NCBI GenBank assembly: GCA_001599295.1
Contig: BCGN01000005.1
Location: forward strand, 1,116,001-1,180,000
DNA: 64,000 nt
Source of the DNA: Sporopachydermia quercuum
Taxonomy: Eukaryota
Direction: 5' to 3'
In this document: positions 59,592 through 64,000 of the stretch, piece after piece
Layout of the letters: each line of letters starts with the position of its first letter
How positions within the stretch are numbered: position 1 is the stretch's first letter
Translations under genes and position numbers: made by a program
The notes under the pieces: generated by a model
Seen by the model: the letters and a program-made list of their open reading frames with translations, nothing else
The model's database searches: none
Told to the model about the DNA's origin: nothing

Positions 59592-60554
59592 TTAAACTTC
59601 GGATTCTTCTAAGAACTTTTCACAGTCCAAAGCGGCCATGCAACCGGTACCTGCAGATGTAATAGCTTGTCTATATCTCTTATCTTGAACATCACCAGCA
59701 GCAAAAACACCTTCAACAGATGTATGGGTAGATCCAGGCTTAGTAATAATATAACCGGTGTCGTCGCTTTCTAACTGACCTTGAACAATTGCTGTGGCTG
59801 GAGTATGACCAATGGCGTAGAACAAACCATTGACTTGTAATTCTCTTTCTTCCTCAGTCTTCACGTTCTTAATCTTCAAGGAATCAAGCAACTTACCATT
59901 TCCCTTAGCTTCCAAAGCAACATGGTTGTACAAGATCTCAACTTTGTCGCTGCTAGCTAGTCGCTTAGCCATAATAGTAGAAGCTCTGAGGTAATCCTTT
60001 CTAACCAAAACATATACCTTGGAACCATATTTAGTAAGAAACAAAGCTTCTTCAGCAGCAGAATCACCGCCACCAATAACAGCTAAAGGCTTGTTACGGA
60101 AAATAGGAACAGCACCATCACAGACAGCACATGCAGAAATACCTTGTTGCCAGTAGGTTTCTTCACCAGGGAGTCCTAATCTCTTAGCTGAAGCACCTGT
60201 AGCCAAAATAACGGCATCAGTTGTGATAGGTTCTTCATCTTCATTGAATTCAGTCCATAACTTGAAAGGTCTAGATGAGAAATCAACCTTGGAGATAGTT
60301 TCTGTGATGATCTCAGTACCGAACTTTTCAGATTGAGCTCTCATGTTGTCCATAAGTCCCGAACCAGAGATTCCTTCTGGGAAACCAGGAAAATTTTCAA
60401 TCTCGGTGGTAGTTGTCAACTGACCACCAGCAGCAATACCATTAGCCAGCATACCTTCGTATAAGGTTGGCTTGATCTCTGCTCTTGCTAGGTAGATTGC
60501 TGCTGTGTGAGCGGCTGGACCTGATCCAATGATTGTAACACGATGATGAACCAT
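59592..60554 (-). CDS. TRR1: Thioredoxin reductase (AUG form; possible GUG-extended form from 60671)
   Basis: [25 protein letters not shown] redox motif, [16 protein letters not shown]. Confidence 0.98.
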   Translation of the reverse strand: MVHHRVTIIGSGPAAHTAAIYLARAEIKPTLYEGMLANGIAAGGQLTTTTEIENFPGFPEGISGSGLMDNMRAQSEKFGTEIITETISKVDFSSRPFKLWTEFNEDEEPITTDAVILATGASAKRLGLPGEETYWQQGISACAVCDGAVPIFRNKPLAVIGGGDSAAEEALFLTKYGSKVYVLVRKDYLRASTIMAKRLASSDKVEILYNHVALEAKGNGKLLDSLKIKNVKTEEERELQVNGLFYAIGHTPATAIVQGQLESDDTGYIITKPGSTHTSVEGVFAAGDVQDKRYRQAITSAGTGCMAALDCEKFLEESEV

Positions 60555-61096
60555 TCTTGTTTGTTGTTTCTGGTAATTATTTGTTTGAATGAACGCTGAT
60601 GAAAACGTAGCGGGGAACGAAAATCGTGCTTTACTGGAGGAAAATTTCGTAAAAAAATATCGGAATGCCACTTTGGAAAAGTTGTTGATTTCTTACTTGT
60701 GGTTGTAAAGTAATCAATTGATTAGATCAGTGAATTTGAATAGATTAGATTCCAATCACACTTTAGGAGTTGTAGTTACTGCAAAACAGATTGTCTATTG
60801 AGAAGAAAACCGTTTATGTATTAATATATCCAAGATAGATTAGCCCCTTTGGGTGCAATGAATTATTTATATAATAAAGGAGGTTAACTCAGGCGAGATC
60901 CCCCTCGTAAGAAGGAAATGATTGCCATCTTTCGAAGGTCCAGGTGGTTATTTGTTAATAATGGAAGATCCAGAAAACGGTAGACCCTTTGGAGAATATT
61001 TTGGGGATGGGACACTGGGGGGAGAAAAGTGACCCTGCGGTTGCTTTTTAGACCAAAACTTTTTGGCAGAACGCGAGAGGAACTGATAAAATTTGC

Positions 61097-61537
61097 TGAC
61101 GTCAATTTTAAAAATACTTTACAATGATTAAGCCATTTTTCTGCGTTGAACAGTGAATTGATAGTGGGTTTCTTGATGATTATTAAGAATGAAAGGATCT
61201 TCCACTAGACTCTTACTGAATAAGGGACATCCTAATTAGTAATTATTCTGAGAGTCTGGCCATCAAGTAAACCGATTACGTAATATAGAAATGTTGATAA
61301 GTCTTTCTGGCATATGCAGTAACAGAAACCAATGAGATAGCTAGTGGTNATAAATAGAGGTCAGTACTTTTAAGTCATTAAATGAAAAAAATTAATATTG
61401 TTGAAGTACTTTTAGTTGTGGGTTGTTGTTGAACTNTTGATGCAATATGCAATTACCTTTAGCTTCTTTTGAGATCACATAATAATTTATAGAAAGCCTA
61501 GTTTCCTCAGTCTTACCTAATCAATCCTGCTTAGTAA
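61097..61537. promoter_or_regulatory. Yap1-type elements (TTAGTAA 61236 and 61531; TTACGTAA 61276) and a CRE (TGACGTCA 61097) upstream of TRR1
   Basis: Motif matches; TRR1 is a known Yap1/Cap1 target. Confidence 0.55.
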
Positions 61538-63501
61538 ACTCTAATTCTAGGCACCTCTTCTTTCTGGTCTGTCCGAGACAGAACTAGCATCGCTCTTGAT
61601 GAACACCCTAGAGCATTTCGTAGGGTTTGTTGAAGAGTTTCTCCATAAAGAAGAACAATTGATAAGGATTGTTCCGCATTTTAGTTCGGAAACACCAATG
61701 AGTAATGTAATGTAGTTGAATATCTAATTATAATCTGTTCATTGAGTAATTGAATATGAATGNTTATACAATCTAGGGATTAGAGCTTAAGAAAAACGCG
61801 CTTTTTATTGCTTTTTTTTGGTTATTTTTTTTTTTATTGGGAGAATCTAATGTGTGAACGAAAGAGGATACATATGGTACAGTACGATAGTGTATATAGA
61901 AGTGATTATTATCATTCTTGTGAAAAAATTGGGGAGAATATAAATTGGCTGTTTGTAATTTCCATTCTCTGAGAGTGTAGTGTAATTGATANTGAGTCAT
62001 ACTATCAGCAACAGTTGTTACTAGGCAATTCCTGTAACTATTTTTTGTAATGTTGTGAGGTTTAATGTTGTGGAGGTCTTATTGCTAGTTCCACACATAC
62101 TCTACATTCAAGATGAAAATTGTATCTAATAATTTAACTAAGCAGTGACTACATTTTCTTTTTTTCTATCTGGCTGTCTGAACAGAAGAACAATAGCACG
62201 CCACTAGCGTGCTACGAACGGAGAACTGCGAACGTAACAAGTAGTGAAGCTACAGAAGAAATTNGTAAAAAATTGCAGTTGAGTTTCTTTTTGTTTTCAA
62301 TTATTCTTATTTTCTTCTTATACGGGTTCAAGTTTCTTTCTGCCCTTCAATATAACGTCATACGGAATGTGGAAATTACCTTCATACTGTACAAAGTATG
62401 CTGATTATTTACACTATGAGCAGCCAAANAGGAATGATCCACCGAAAGATGAGCATCGAGATGTTGATCTAGAAGCTTTTCTTGAGTGTAAACATTGTCT
62501 AGACACTACATACGAGCAACTGAGTCTTTTGAGCAACATACNATCTTAGGTCTTGTGTTTATAAGACTTGTACATCCCACTTTTTACATTACATTGTTCA
62601 AAGAGTTAGCTGTACCTCCCAAAACTTCAAAATAAAATAAAGTTTACTGAAGTTTTTCCGTTATTTGTTTTAACTTCCTAATCAGTATCAAGGTTCATTC
62701 CCTTTTTTTTATTTTTTTCTGTGACATCATTGCATCGAAATACTAGGAGTTTCATACTGAGGAAACATAAGCAATAAGTCGACTTTACATTTAAATCAAA
62801 AAAGAGTTTGCCAAATGTCTTACCTAGTNCCTATAAGTGTTTAAAGTATTACCAATATTTTTATTCGCTATTGACAACAATATGCACCTCTCCCCTACAA
62901 TAATTGATTGATATTCCCCTGAACACAGCTGCCAAAATAACCTGAAAATGTGAAACTCTTCCAGTTAACTTTGATTCATAAAGCATTGGCTTTGATTACC
63001 TCGAAATGCATTGAATTTCATACCTTCTATATTTTGATTGTTCACTGATATCTTTGGTCGAACATAGTTCCTGCTATTTCATTCATCACCGGGTATCGGA
63101 ATATCTGTAAGGTACGATAAATAAAAAAATTAATCCAATTAAGGTTCAAAAGCTTACTTAGAATTTCCTTAAAACTGTATAAATATTCGGCTAAACCTTA
63201 ACCTTCTCCATAGGTGCAATCCTCTGTTGAGTACTAAATGATTTCATTGAAAAAAAAATAATGCAAGTGTTTCCAACGAAAGTAATTCCTATGAGAGGAT
63301 TGATTCAGCCTAAAAATGTGTATAAAAGTGATCTTTTCCCCACAGTTTCTTCACAATTCGCTGGTTGATTCAAATGCAACAACTTTCAATTTTCCTCAGT
63401 ATAAAAGTTGTGGCCTACGCTGTGAAAAAAGACCAGTTCGATTATTTGACAAAAGCAAATACTACAACAACATCTTACTAATTCAAAGCTTATACGCAAC
63501 A

Positions 63502-64000
63502 ATGAACGAAAAGCTCAAAAAAATCGGTTCGATAGAGAGAATTATCTCCGGCAGTGGTACTTCTAGTAGTTCTCCATCAATTGAAAACTCTGCTGAAGAG
63601 TTAGCAGTTATTGAATCTCTTTCCAGCAATCCTGCCGAAACAAATAATCCTTTTGAATACCTAAGCCTAGAAGAAACAATTGAATATGCAAAGAATTTTT
63701 GTATCAATTACATATCCAATAATGAAGAAGAGATTGATATTTTCGCTAGAGCCGCTCGTCTAGTTAAAACAAATTCCAATTCATCTGTTGACGGTGTTGA
63801 TAACACCAGCACTTTTGACAATACAAACCCTAATATTAGCAATGATCCTGCTTCTACAGTTGAAAGTTCTATCCCTTCTGTTTCTACCTGTCCATTCAAA
63901 TATAACCCTTGGAAACAACCAAAGACCTTATACCTTGTAACATTTGTCTGCGCTATTGCTGCTGCTGTTCAAGGTATGGATGAAACTGTTATTAACGGAG
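63502..64000 (+). CDS. MFS sugar/polyol (inositol-like) porter, 5' part, truncated by the window end
   Basis: Open frame from ATG 63502 to the end (absent from the ORF track): MNEKLKK...NNPFEYLS...IFARAARL...WKQPKTLYLVTFVCAIAAAVQGMDETVING. Confidence 0.85.
   Translation, partial: MNEKLKKIGSIERIISGSGTSSSSPSIENSAEELAVIESLSSNPAETNNPFEYLSLEETIEYAKNFCINYISNNEEEIDIFARAARLVKTNSNSSVDGVDNTSTFDNTNPNISNDPASTVESSIPSVSTCPFKYNPWKQPKTLYLVTFVCAIAAAVQGMDETVING

Noticed and set aside
1..64000. Transposons, LTRs, CRISPR arrays or horizontally acquired clusters
   Set aside because: No transposase/RT/integrase ORFs, long terminal repeats, spaced repeats or bacterial-like operons were seen by eye.

Overview
AT-rich eukaryotic DNA from a budding yeast (Saccharomycotina). 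It appears to use the standard code, since CTG falls at conserved Leu positions. Spliceosomal introns are short, with GTATGT/GTAAGT/GTACGT donors and relaxed branch points. The window holds about 22 protein genes, mostly housekeeping: ATG22, NOP1, 4-exon SNZ1, an NCS1 permease, an AIM6-like protein, HIS2, ProRS and AsnRS head-to-head, JHD2, ILM1, MNN10, 3-exon SRB4/MED17, a CCCH/Smr-like protein, EAF1 (broken by a repeat and a 60-N gap), GGA, CNL1, SPC110, TRP4, an unassigned ~1000-aa multi-RRM protein, 2-exon CDC12, TRR1, and the 5' end of a sugar/polyol porter. I saw no tRNA, rRNA, transposon or CRISPR. Best leads: (1) an unassigned, probably mitochondrial multi-RRM gene inside an otherwise deeply conserved synteny block, with two strand-specific 3'UTR hairpins and a Puf3-type element; (2) a GUG-initiated presequence-like extension on TRR1; (3) degenerate AIM6 and Smr catalytic motifs; (4) orphan intron signatures in gene-free gaps. 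All identifications come from recalled motifs, not database searches.
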